Shown piece by piece: positions 12,090 to 23,044 of a stretch of 64,000 nucleotides of DNA (position 1 is its first letter; every line of letters begins with the position of its first letter). Location: positions 930,001 to 994,000 of the forward strand of contig NW_021825323.1 of NCBI RefSeq assembly GCF_006345805.1, in the 5' to 3' direction. The notes under the pieces were generated by a model, which saw nothing but the letters and a program-made list of their open reading frames with translations, did not search any database and was not told the origin of the DNA. The position numbers and the translations under genes were made by a program. This DNA comes from Octopus sinensis (lineage: Eukaryota).

Positions 12090-12571
12090 ATGGCGAAAGG
12101 TAAATCTAAAATTAAAATTGAATACATTTCTGACAACATTAAACGAAGACAAACGTTAAGCAAAAGAAAACAAGGATTGATCAAGAAAGCTGAAGAATTA
12201 GGGGTTTTAACTGGATCTGAAGTTCTTGTTATTATCTACAGTCCCACCAAAAATATGTATGTGTACAACACTGAAAGATTTAAACCTTTTGTCGACGGCA
12301 AAGATGCCATTTCTACAATTGCACAATGCCTTAACGATAAAAACTTTTCCATGGTTTATTAAGTTAACTTTACTATTTTATATAGAATATATCCGACAAA
12401 GAAATGACTGGAAACTACGACTCCTACGGATATTTAGATAATCTTAATCAAAATTCAAATTATAGTTGTTATTCGAATCATAACTACAACGATTCTTATG
12501 TTCCTGATGCTCAAGACTTGTGCCCTTCGATGTCATCGTGTTATGAACGAGGGTATAATCAAAACTTATAG
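12090..12571 (+). CDS. SRF: SRF-type MADS-box transcription factor, divergent and short
   Basis: KGKSKIKIEYI...RRQTLSKRKQGLIKKAEELGVLTGSEVLVIIYS...FKPFV...IAQCLN matches the SRF/MCM1 MADS and SAM domains; 32-nt intron at 12354-12385; 3' end uncertain. Confidence 0.8.
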
Positions 12572-12899
12572 AGTATTCATTTGATTCAGTGTTAAATAAA
12601 TCGAATTTTAATTTATTAATCCAAATTTGTCAATAGTTTAGTTATTGTGGCGAGAACAAATTTTCGGAACTTTTTGACAGAAATTCTATCTTTTCGGAAC
12701 TATCTCAATCATCATGTAGACACAGTTCCAGCATTTTATTCAGAAGTATGGAGTAGAAATAAAATCCCTAAACATTCATAATTATACAAATACATTTAAG
12801 ATAGAAACCTCATTTTGATAGTAAATTTGTTTTGTTTATGAGGTTGATAAAGTTTTAACAAAATATTTTGTAAAACATACATAGATTTAATATTATTTA

Positions 12900-15668
12900 A
12901 TTGATATTAATCCGACCGTTGTCCGCTGGAGGTTAATCTCCTCTTTTTAGATGATGAAGTAACCAACACCACTCCTTGATCCTCTGTCTCCAAGTTAGTT
13001 ACGACTCTTTTTCCCTCATTCTCCATATTATCTTCGTACGAATGACTTGCTTCAATTAAGAGGCTGCTGGCTCAATTTATCTCCTCGTCAGTGATTCTTA
13101 ACGATTTTAACTGTGTTCTGTGTAAAGAATCAAGACGGTCCATATCGTGTTTAGAGATTCCCCATGTGCCAGAGTTATATTCTCAGCCTGGTATTTAATC
13201 CTATTTTTTGTGATTCCATATAGCCGATATTTTTTCAATGCAGCCATAGCAAGAATCTTCCTGTGTGTAACATCTTCTGAGTCTCCTAGATACGAGCCCA
13301 GTTTCTTTTGCTTTCTCCAAGAGTCGTCGGATTCACGATCAGTACGTGTGAGCATTGTAAATTCCGTTTTATCAGATTTACGGATAAAAACCATTTCGAG
13401 AATACGTGTGGAATTTTGTTAAGAATGTGGTGTAGTGTTTGAATATCCTCGGAAACAAAGTCCAGATCGTCTGCATAAATCATCTCCTCAGAATTGTTTC
13501 CAACGAGAGCTCTGAACTCTCTTAGTGCTGCTTCAAGGTATACAACGAAGAGGACCGGAGAAAGCGAATCCCCCTGTGGGACTCCACGAGAAGTCCGAAA
13601 AAACTTTGAACAGCGTTTGCTAAGTTTGACAGAGAGATGAGTGTTCTGCATGAGCAGGTGTATTATTTTAACGTCGTCAGGGTGAAGAAAACTCTTCAGA
13701 ACTTCAATAAGTTTTCCCCTGTGTATAGAATCAAACGCCCGAGAGATATCAATTCCAAGTATTGCGATAGATTTTTTGTATTTTTGGCATAGAGCGCAGT
13801 ACCATCTGTGCCCCCAAACAATATCAGCAGTAGACCTGCCTGTACGAAAACCACTTTGGCCAGGGGATAGGAATTTGTTAACTTTGTTTTTTATCCGGTG
13901 TAATGCGATGAGGGATAATGTTTTGCGTATGGAAGTTGGTAGAATTATCGGTCTAAAGTTGCAAACGGGGCCTTTAGCTTTCCTGGGTTTATGTAATGGG
14001 ATTAGCCATTCTTTTCCAAGATCCAACGGATTGTCTTCCTGAAGAAACCGATTGAAAACATCAGTAATAATTTTAGCTAGCTCCACTGGTGCGTGTTTTA
14101 TAAGTTCTGCCGGGATATTGTCTGGCCCTGCGGATCTTCCGGTGTTCAACTTTTTAATGGCTTGCAGAGTTTCAGGGAGACTTATTGGGTTTGTTAATGT
14201 GGATTTATCAGGTTTTAAAGGTTTCAGGGTCTGATCAGTTTCAGTATACATATTGAATAAGGAATCAAAGTGCGAAGCTAGAATACTAGCTTTTTCGGCG
14301 TCCTCGGCAACAGTACGATCGAGATTATCGTGGAAAATGATAGGGGGCGTGCACTTCCCTCTGTTGAGGAGGCGAATAGCTTTAAACATCATTGGCCCAT
14401 GTTTGTATTTCATTATTTCGGAAACTTGTTTTTCTGCTTCACTTTTGGCAAGAAATTTTTGTAGTTGTTTCATCTTTGTTAATAATCTTCCTCTCTGCGT
14501 ACGGAGTTCTTTGATTTTCTCAGGTGAGCTTGTATTTTCCGATTGTAGTCTAAGTTCTTTTTGTATTAGAGAATTAGAAAACCGCGGTATTCCGTATTGC
14601 GGTAACTGTTTCCTCCCAGATCTTGTTAGCTGGTTGATTTTGGTCGATACAGTCGATGCTGTTTTTCAGGTCGTACAATATCGAAGCTTGGTGGACTCTT
14701 CGTATCCAAGCCTCTCCATATCGTATCGTACTGGGGCAGTGCCTTTGAGCTTTCCACGTATTCCATGGATTCTGTACAGCATTAACTGAGCCACAACAAG
14801 TTTATAATCGTTGCTGGTTTCAAGTTCACCGTATGACCTCGAGTTTTTCAGAAGGGCCTTTTGATGCTGCCTGCAAAGAATATAGTCTATCTGGTTATAA
14901 ATCGGAATGGTATTTCCAAGTTTATCTTTTCTAAACCCAGTCCAGGTGGTTTTATGCCTTGCCGGGTGCTTGAAGCAAGTATTGCATAAGAGTAAGTTGT
15001 ACGCCGTGCAAAATTGTATCATGGATTCTCCGGGGAGGTTGCGGCGGTTTCTTCCATGAGCTCCAATGCATGTTTCCCCAGGTTTGGCAGTTCCAGCCCT
15101 AGCGTTCCAGTCTCCGGCAACAAACAGTAGGTAAGAAGCGGAAAGCGAGCTGTATACACTCGTGAGGGTCGAATAGAAGTTGTCCAGCTCTTTGTATTTG
15201 TTGAGACTCGCACCCCAGTAGGAGCATATAAATTTATAATCTAAATGAGGATCTTTCGACAGTTGGTCTGCGACTGAAGTCGGCGGATGACCTGGACAAA
15301 CTCAAAGATATCGCGCGCAGCAGAAAATCCTGGTCGAGACTTAGGGAGAGAATGTACAGAACACGGCACAAGGGAGACTTAATTAACTTTATGTTTTCTC
15401 GAAAGTGCTCTTAATAATAATCAGTGATTCTGATCCCATGCCTCTGTTTAACAATCATACTCTCCAGTATTTTCTTCAACACAACTGACTGTATATAAGA
15501 ATGAGTTACGTCTTCGATAGCCAACTTTTCAATGTAGTTCTTAAAAAACTTGGAAACGAGCCCGTCCCAAATCAAAACCAGTGGAATTATTTTTACTTGA
15601 GCGTCGTAAAGAATGGACAACTCCCCTGCCAATAGATCGTATTTATGGCATTTCTCGACCTCGACCTG
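12900..15668 (-). mobile_element. 3' fragment of an R4/Dong/NeSL-like RLE retrotransposon, interrupted by the RTE insertion at 13099-15420
   Basis: QVEVEKCHKYDLLAGELSILYDAQVKIIPLVLIWDGLV...YIQSVVLKKILESM...RITD at 15421-15668 continues in frame as EEIN... below 13088 once the insertion and one TSD copy are removed. Confidence 0.7.
13099..15420. mobile_element. RTE-like LINE (APE + RT) with 5' inversion: about 2.1 kb on - (13099-15240) plus 180-nt 3' end on + (15241-15420)
   Basis: - strand: NLYAPT, NQIDYILC (APE); SGFRTGRSTAD, DISRAFDSI, RGVPQGDSLSP, YADDLDF (RT); frameshifted. + strand: LNEDL...ADDLDKLKDIARSRKSW, UTR, (TAA)3. 11-bp TSD tcagtgattct at 13088-13098 and 15421-15431. Confidence 0.88.
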
Positions 15669-15669
15669 T

Positions 15670-16490
15670 CATGAAGTTTTTACATCATTAAGAGCCACTA
15701 ATAATTATTCAGAAATATTCTACAAATTGACACTAGTTCATCAAATGGTAAAATTTACGAATACTTCATAGGATGATTTTTTAAAGTAAACTAGGCATAT
15801 TTCAAAGGATTAGGAAGTGGTCATTACTTCCATGTTTAAGAAATCTAAAATTCAAAAGAAAGAAGTTGATTGGTATTATCCACTGGTAGGAAAGATGTGT
15901 GTTTAGTCTACTTCTAGAAGACTGAAAGTATTTTATTACAATTCAGCTTTCATTGCCTAACGTTAGGTACAGTCCGACCCCAGTTTGGCCAGACATAAAC
16001 AGATCAAACCAACTGAAGATTCCAATGAGGGAATTGTAATGGAAAAGTTGCTAAATTTCACAAACTTGTTATCCAGACTCCGCAAGATTATTGAGACAAA
16101 ACAACCTTGAAACTAATTAGAAGGAATGTCGCTCTGTCCGCCGTCAATCCTGGGCACGCTTCGAGGCAGGCCGAGGACCGAAAGATTCTCAAGTACGGCC
16201 ATCTCTCCAACTCGCTGTTCTTTACTCCAATCGCCGTGGAGTCCTCCAGGATCTTCGGCCCCAAGACACTCCGCTTCCTACGAATTTCAAGGACAAGCTA
16301 CGATCCAAGAGAGTATTCTTGGCTCCTGAAACGTCTGTCGATTGCTGTGATTCGAGAAAACGGCTTCGCCATTCGCGAGGCTGGCCGGGTGTCTCGTGAG
16401 GCCATTAATTAGCTTAGCTATCTTTTTACTTTTATAAGCCGAGAAAGACGTTAAAGCAAAAAAAAATTAGAAGGAGAACTTGAGCTATCT
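15670..16490 (+). pseudogene. Unidentified decayed gene fragment with microintron-like GT..AG segments, split by a CRE-like insertion
   Basis: Short reading segments (VQSDPSLARHKQIKPTEDSNEGIVMEKLLNFTNLLSRLRKIIETKQ; LEGELELSRRR) bounded by 21-39 nt GT..AG segments; in-frame stops. Confidence 0.35.
16126..16464 (+). mobile_element. 3' fragment of CRE-like non-LTR retrotransposon with poly(A) tail
   Basis: PGHASRQAEDRKILKY...FTPIAVESSRIFG...WLLKRLSIAVIRENG; A run at 16458-16466; 11-bp TSD aattagaagga at 16115-16125 and 16465-16475. Confidence 0.85.
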
Positions 16491-18050
16491 CGACGTAGAC
16501 AAACTGCAGTTGGAGGCTGCCCTGTTTGGGGTCATCAAGTCAAGGCAGTAGAAAAATTGGCAGAGAGAAGGGTCGATGCTGGATCCATATGCCACACTCA
16601 CATGACCTGACTCTACAATCCCCACGTGTATAAATACTCGAATCGAGGTCGTAAAAATACTTGAGGGGGAACAGTGACTTTACAATCTCGAAATCCCCGA
16701 ATGGAATGACGACTTGGTCTACCAGAGGACACAATAGTCAACTCAAATATGTCCCCGTGAGTTCTACCCCTCACAACAGTCCCCAAAACCGACAATTATT
16801 ACAAACAATAAGAGACACGGAATAGTCCCGGAGAGCAGTCCTCATTTTTTCAAACTCGAAAACCACAAAAGAGAGTGCTGAATGATGTCTCCCCACTGTC
16901 AAAACTACTCCTCACTCACACAATCCACCATTCAGGCTCCACTCCCTTCATAAACCCCAGAATATTGTCGTCTCTAAAAATGGAGGAGTCTGGCAAGGCT
17001 TAGAAGGAGACCCCCTCCAGACTGATCCGACAGAGGGTTATGATCCCTTCTTGTTGCCGACGGTGAATCCCCACTCGCTCAATGTACTGGGAGAAATTCT
17101 TTTGCTTCACTGTGGCAATTCATCTATTTTATCGACTTGAATGATACACAACACTCACTCAACATGCTTTCCGCCATTTCTTGCAGTTGTTTGTCCAGAA
17201 TTACTGATTTCTACACCTTTTCCACAAACTCATCACTCAATAACTGCAATATGACTGACTCTCCTACTCTGAACTTGCTCAATATCCTGTTCTTGAATGG
17301 GTCGTCCTCGAACACCACAGAAAAGTGCTGGGACTAATAAGGACTCGGACATTTATGCTGATTTTCAAATCACTAATCAATGTCGGGGCTGCATCGAAGA
17401 CATTTCTAAACTTTTTGTGCACAATCCTCATTATTTTAAAGGCGTCCTTCAACTGGGGCACTTACAATAATAACTACCGCCACAAAACAGGAATCAAAGT
17501 TGTAATTAAATGGAAACACCACGTGAAATGACCCGAACGTGTAATTACTGACCATTTAGTATTACTGGTCCTTCACTTCAGTCTATCCACCACTGGTTTA
17601 AGATCAGTGAGGACATCATAGATTGTGTGAAACACGACAGAATATGTCCACTCACTCTTACTTAACTTGACTGTGATCAGCTTAGTCTCCGCGCACATGT
17701 GTCCAACCAGTGGACTGTTAATGTCATCCACGTTTCTTATCACGGGACGGAGGACCCACACCTCTCCACTCACATTCAACGACAGCTTGGATTTAAGGCT
17801 GGAAATAAGTGCCATTGCCAATTTGGAGTCCACACATAAGCACACACCTGCAATCTTGACTTTGCAAAATGAAATGGTCGGTGTTCTCATTGTGAGGACA
17901 TCACCTGGGAGGTATCTGATGGATGACAGTCCTCTGGTTAGCAGTCCTCCAACTGGACATGGACTGGGGGTATTTAAGGAGGAGAGTGTCCTACTGAGGA
18001 GTGTCCATAGCAGTCCACATAAATCGACGAGTCTGTCCCATCACTCAACA
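16480..18050 (-). pseudogene. BLTP2: Internal fragment of bridge-like lipid transfer protein BLTP2/KIAA0100/hobbit, unprocessed pseudogene
   Basis: HVVFPFNYNF, SQHFSVVFEDDPF, KQKNFSQYIERV, ALPDSSI, ALRDYS, PFGDFEIVKSLFPLKYFYDLDS, AYGSSIDPSL..CLDLMTP occur in the order of the KIAA0100/FMP27 mid-region; microintrons retained; in-frame TAA/TAG and frameshifts. Confidence 0.7.
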
Positions 18051-18162
18051 ATAAAACAAGGACACATGGAGATAAAATCAGTTGGAGAAGTAAAGAATAA
18101 ATAAATTTATATCCAGTTAATAAAATCCATAAAACTCCAGACTAAAGTTAGATCCAAAATCC

Positions 18163-19693
18163 TCAAGAAACGACAAATTCATGATCAAGATCATACTTGT
18201 CTCCCTTGGCCGTAAGCTTAGCTTTAATTTGTTCAAAAACGGGAATTTCCTAAAATAGACATTTAATAAAATACTTTGACATCTCCTTCAGAATCGATTA
18301 CGTTGATAGCCACAGCACTGTGCTTGGAGAAGTAAAAACTAGTCAAAGCATGGTGAGTGTCACTAATCTCCACAACAACACTGTCCGACTTGTCCACGTT
18401 TACAGATGGGCACTGTCCGAGAATCTACCATGACAGTCCAAAAGACCTTAATTTTGACATCCTGCGAATTGCCAATGTCAACCATTCCGACAACACTGTC
18501 AATCACAATCACACATTTTTTCAAACTGTCTAATAATTTATGGACAAATTCGGTTTAACCCAGCGAGATGGTGTTTACTTTGGTTGTCACATTCAGCGTA
18601 GATCCAACACAATTACAAAACAACACAACATGCTTGATGGCACCATCTTTAATCACAATGTCATTAGCATTCACTTGATACATCTTCCCAGGTTATCGCC
18701 ACCAAATATACCACAGTCCACTTATTCCCATCAAATGAAAAAACAGGGTCTTTGACTTTCTGGGTCACTTTAGCTGCCGGAACGTATTTCCGAGAACCGG
18801 AAGCTTTATCGGAAGTATCTTGCATGTTCACATTTCCTCTCAAATCAGGATTCTTGTGAGTTTTCATATCATCAGTCACTTTTTTGAGACCTTACTGATA
18901 TTAATTTAGTACTACCGCTGGTTATTCCCAGACCACATTCGAGGTCTGACTTCAAAGCACTGAACGGATTTGAAGTGGTTGTCGGAGCCTGAGATTTTTG
19001 AGTAATTAAACCAGCCTAATAAATAATTTTTTGAGTACTACTTGAGAAACTGACTTAAATCCTTTAGGGTAGTTGGCTCTTATAAAAGTCATCATTTTTT
19101 TGGAAATGGCTGACATGGAATTGCACCAGGAAATTTGATTTCCATCACTAAAGTCGATTCCCATTAAATTAACCTTGATTTGTACTGAACTCGGATTTTA
19201 TTGAGGAAAAAAACAGTTGCATCTTCGATTGTCGAGCAAAAACTAGGAGGATCGTAATCAGTCTAGGAATATCAGTCCTACCACCCACAACCATGAAGGG
19301 CCAGGCATAGAAAGAACAGAATTCTGAAACTGCTTTCAGATTATTGGGAAATTTCGACTTGAAATTATCTTTTTCGAATTTCTTTGGCTATGATAAATAA
19401 TGGAAACCTGGATTTTAGTGATTATTGAATTAATCACATCATTATTCTATAATAAATTAATATTTTAATTCACTTCTTCCGGGTTGCCCTGTGATAAAAT
19501 ATTCAAATGCGAGTTTAATCCATCAACCAGTAATTGAGTCTAATTTAACGATTTAAAATTAATTATTACTATTTCCTGAACTTCAGGACTGATTTTGCCA
19601 GCTATAGTAATCAGTTCTTTTCCATCAGCATTTAGAACGCTTATTAGATCGTTAAGGCCTAAAATTTTAAATTTCGATATAACAACAAGACAT
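18163..19693 (-). CDS. CAP: Adenylyl cyclase-associated protein (CAP/Srv2)
   Basis: NLKAVSE..YAWP, DATVFFLNKI (helical domain); GLKKVTDDMKTHKNPDLR (WH2/P2 region); GNKWTV, ILGQCPSVNVDKSDSV, EIPVFEQIK (CARP domain); microintrons. Confidence 0.9.
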
Positions 19694-19849
19694 TCCAAAG
19701 AATTAAATATCAATTAGAATATAAATTTTATTTTTATTTTTTCTAAGTAATAAATATATAGTAATTTATTATTAAAATTAAAACAAAAAATTAGAGAACT
19801 CTTAGTAATAACATTTAATGTTAGATAAATTACTTCCTCCCTGAAAATA

Positions 19850-20500
19850 ACACAGGTAACTGTGGATTTTAGTCGTTATGGAGTATCTATAGCTTGCCTC
19901 CAAAAAACAAAAGTAAAAAAAAGACATGCAGACTCTATGGAGGAGGATGAACTATTCATCAGGTAAGAAATCAAAAATTTATTTGGAACTCATAGTAGAG
20001 GCAAGAAAAATTCAAATTGAACTAACAGGCTTTTTTTGTAAATTTGACCTTTTTCTGTGCAACATAGATGGGACAAAAAAAATCAGAACGAAGAGAGACA
20101 GTTCAATCTTATGGAAGCATTCGGGTATTGAGTGATTGTAAAGCAGTCGTCCCTCGTTTTAAAATAGGAAAAAGCCATTGAGTAATCAAGAAAAAGCCAA
20201 ACAAACACAACACTAAAAGATTAGATTTGGAAAATCTGGACACAAATAGCATCACCCACAAGAGATTTACTGATAAATTTGACGTTTATGTTTTAACATA
20301 AGACCTACCAAATCAGCGTTAGGCTAAAAAAACTAAAGGAATTGGGAATATTTCCAGGTAAAAAACACGTCTATAGGATAAACAAAGCTGAATGAACCTG
20401 TGTAAAATCTTAGACCAAATATCTTTATAACGATTCTAAGAAAACTACTGTCCTTGATTGTCCAGAATATGATTTCTTGTACAGTGGACAAATTTGAATC
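19850..20500 (+). mobile_element. Highly degenerate LINE (APE-region) remnant
   Basis: RYGVSIACLQKTK resembles the APE N-terminal (I.CLQETK) motif; the remainder is fragmentary. Confidence 0.4.
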
Positions 20501-20569
20501 GTTAAGCGACAATTTGTCTACGAAGAAAAATATTTTAAGGGTAAATAAAATAAAATTTTAAAACAATCA

Positions 20570-22830
20570 CTTTTTATTCTGAACTTTTAAAGCAAATCAA
20601 ACCATCAATTAGCTTAAAATAGCAATCTACTTCAAATTCATGAAAATTTTCACATGCTCAGTTCAAGTTCCTTTTTGCAGTCTGTCGCAGACACTTCAAG
20701 ATACCTTCCTGACTTAATTTGTGTCATTTTCACAAAAAGTCTTTGTTTTTCCCTGGCCAAAATATTGACAAAAGCTGCCAAATTTGGATGCGCTCTGTTA
20801 AAAGAACTGTTCAACAGCTTAATGCCAACCTTCCAATGAATTGGTTGTCCTAGGCATTGACTTTAATACTCGATGAAAACAACTCCAAAAACTGACGTCA
20901 TAAGATGGGTCAGCAATAAATTGTTTTTTAAAATAAATCAAAAAATTCATTATTTGTTGGTTGTTTTCTTTTCCTGGCGCATCAAGAGAAAATTTTCCAA
21001 ATTCCAATAAAACATTTTCCACAGGGATGAAAGCTAAATGGTAGCATTTCCTCAATAATTTTTGTTCCCACCACAATGAAACGTCTTTGTAGGCTCCCAC
21101 AAGACCAAGACATTGTATTTTCCACCATATGATTTGGCCGAAATGGGAATTGTAGCCAAATACATTAGACGACGAAAAAACTGATTTTGTGGAGTTAATT
21201 AACCCCTTTTCAAAATCAATTAAAATACTTGCTGGTGAAGTAGCAAAAAGTGTCTTTATTTCTTCAAATAATGCACAGTAGGCATTTTCTGTTTTGTTGA
21301 GCAAAAGAGCGTGCGCAAGAGGCCAGAATTTACCTAAGTATTTTCTTTTATTGTAATCATTTGTTCGAATGCTTCTTCAGAACACTCAATTAGCAACCAA
21401 CGTAAAAAGTGTCAAACTATTTTACACATCACGGGGCATACCACAAGGCGATCGCTGTCCCCAGTTCTCTTATCGTCTACCTAGAGGCAGCACTCAGAGA
21501 CTTTCGGCCTTTGTGGACAACACTAAATACAACGAAATAATATATGCTGATGATGTCGACTTCGTATCTGATGATGCTGAAACCCTTCGATTTATTATCG
21601 AAACATTACCAGATATTTCCAAATGGTTCTAACAATCAACCACAATAAAACTGAACATACGAAATTTATTCGATTGAACGAACTCATGATGAGCCCTGGA
21701 GAAGACAAAAAAAGTCGGATCTCTCTTAGGGGACTCTGAAGACATTATGCACAGAAAAATACTATCAATTGCCACATACAATAGTTTATGAACATCTGGC
21801 GCTAAAGAAGCTAAATTCAAAGACAAAACTTAAAATATACAACACATGTGTTGTCCCAGTCCTAATGTACAAGGATCGACGTGGGGAATCAGTAAGACCG
21901 ATATGAACAATTTGGACCGATTTCATCGGAACAAACTGAGAAGAGTGATAAACATGCAATTCTCAAGGAAAATAGCAAATTCCACCCTATACAAAAGATG
22001 CAATTCGAGACCGATCTCTATGGACATCCTGGAGTCCAGATGGCGACTCTTTGGACACAATTAAGACTTGACAGCCTCACTCCGCCGAATATCGCGATGG
22101 AAAACTACTTTGCCATTCCAAAGGAGACTTCCGTGGAACCAGGGTCACTATGGCTACCACGCTAAATGAAGATCTAGCTGGAATTAATAAAAAACTGAAA
22201 AATGGCGATGATCTCGACTCACTCAGGACGATCGCAACTGACCGAGAGCCTGGAGACGCATGACCGGGAGAATTTCAATGGTGGCACAAGGAAAGCTAAT
22301 AACTTATGACTTTTCCGAAAGTGTTTATATAATAAATAATTTGTTCGAATTGATTAGGCACGTTTTTAAAGGTACCATCAATAACCCAGACATCTGATTT
22401 TCTCAAAATGTCAACCTGATAATCCGAACAAAAAATGACGTAACGATTTGCATCATTAATTCCAGAATCCTTGCGGTAAAAAATTTCGCCCCGATCATTA
22501 TACCACAAACTTTCAGGAATTTCAGGAATGGTCAGAACAAAATTTGGTATCAGTGTTTCTCTTTCCCGTTGAACAAGACGAGTCAATGAACGTTTTTTTG
22601 GCAGGATTTTAATGACGTCAACATTGGCTCCAATGAGGCTTCTTAACACCACATTTATAGTTCTGTCTTTTGACGCCTTTGCGGCATCTTTCATGTCAAA
22701 AACTAATTTCATGCTTTTTATCTCATGATCCCCAAAGGGTCCATGATTATGAGCATTTTTGTGCTCAACTTGTTTTTAGCATTCACCATGCACCTCGTCC
22801 TGCATTCTCGATTTCTTGCATTCGGTTTTC
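20570..22830 (-). mobile_element. Mutator-like (MULE) transposase pseudogene interrupted by an RTE insertion
   Basis: HNH zinc-finger end, WVIDGTFKNVPNQFEQ joined to MITI..YLGKFWPLAHALLLNKTE, ILIDFEKGL, HFGQIIW, RTTNSLEGWH, HPNL. Confidence 0.85.
21371..22338 (+). mobile_element. 5'-truncated RTE-like LINE inside the MULE transposase
   Basis: RGIPQGD, IYADDVDFVS, VGSLLGDSED, ESRWRLFGH; AT-rich tail; 12-bp TSD atttgttcgaat at 21359-21370 and 22339-22350; closely related to 2611-3589. Confidence 0.92.
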
Positions 22831-23044
22831 AAAAGATTAAAATCTTAAAACTTAGGAACGTCGAGTTTGAATGAACCATGGGATGGATCTTGCTGCTCCT
22901 AACAGCATGGAATCGTATTTCCAAACCTACGAGTTTTTCGAGACAAATCAAATAGAACTATGCCAGTATCAATAGAAAATTACTTAAAAATACCAGAATG
23001 CGATCAGAAACATCAGAAACGGTATCCAAACGTATTACATCAAC

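Noticed and set aside
13147-14789. + strand ORFs over the LINE, and similar antisense ORFs over RPL10, BPTF, Tc1 and BLTP2 (e.g. 17667-18104, 61692-61946)
   Set aside because: Antisense shadows of real coding sequence, with no independent protein features.
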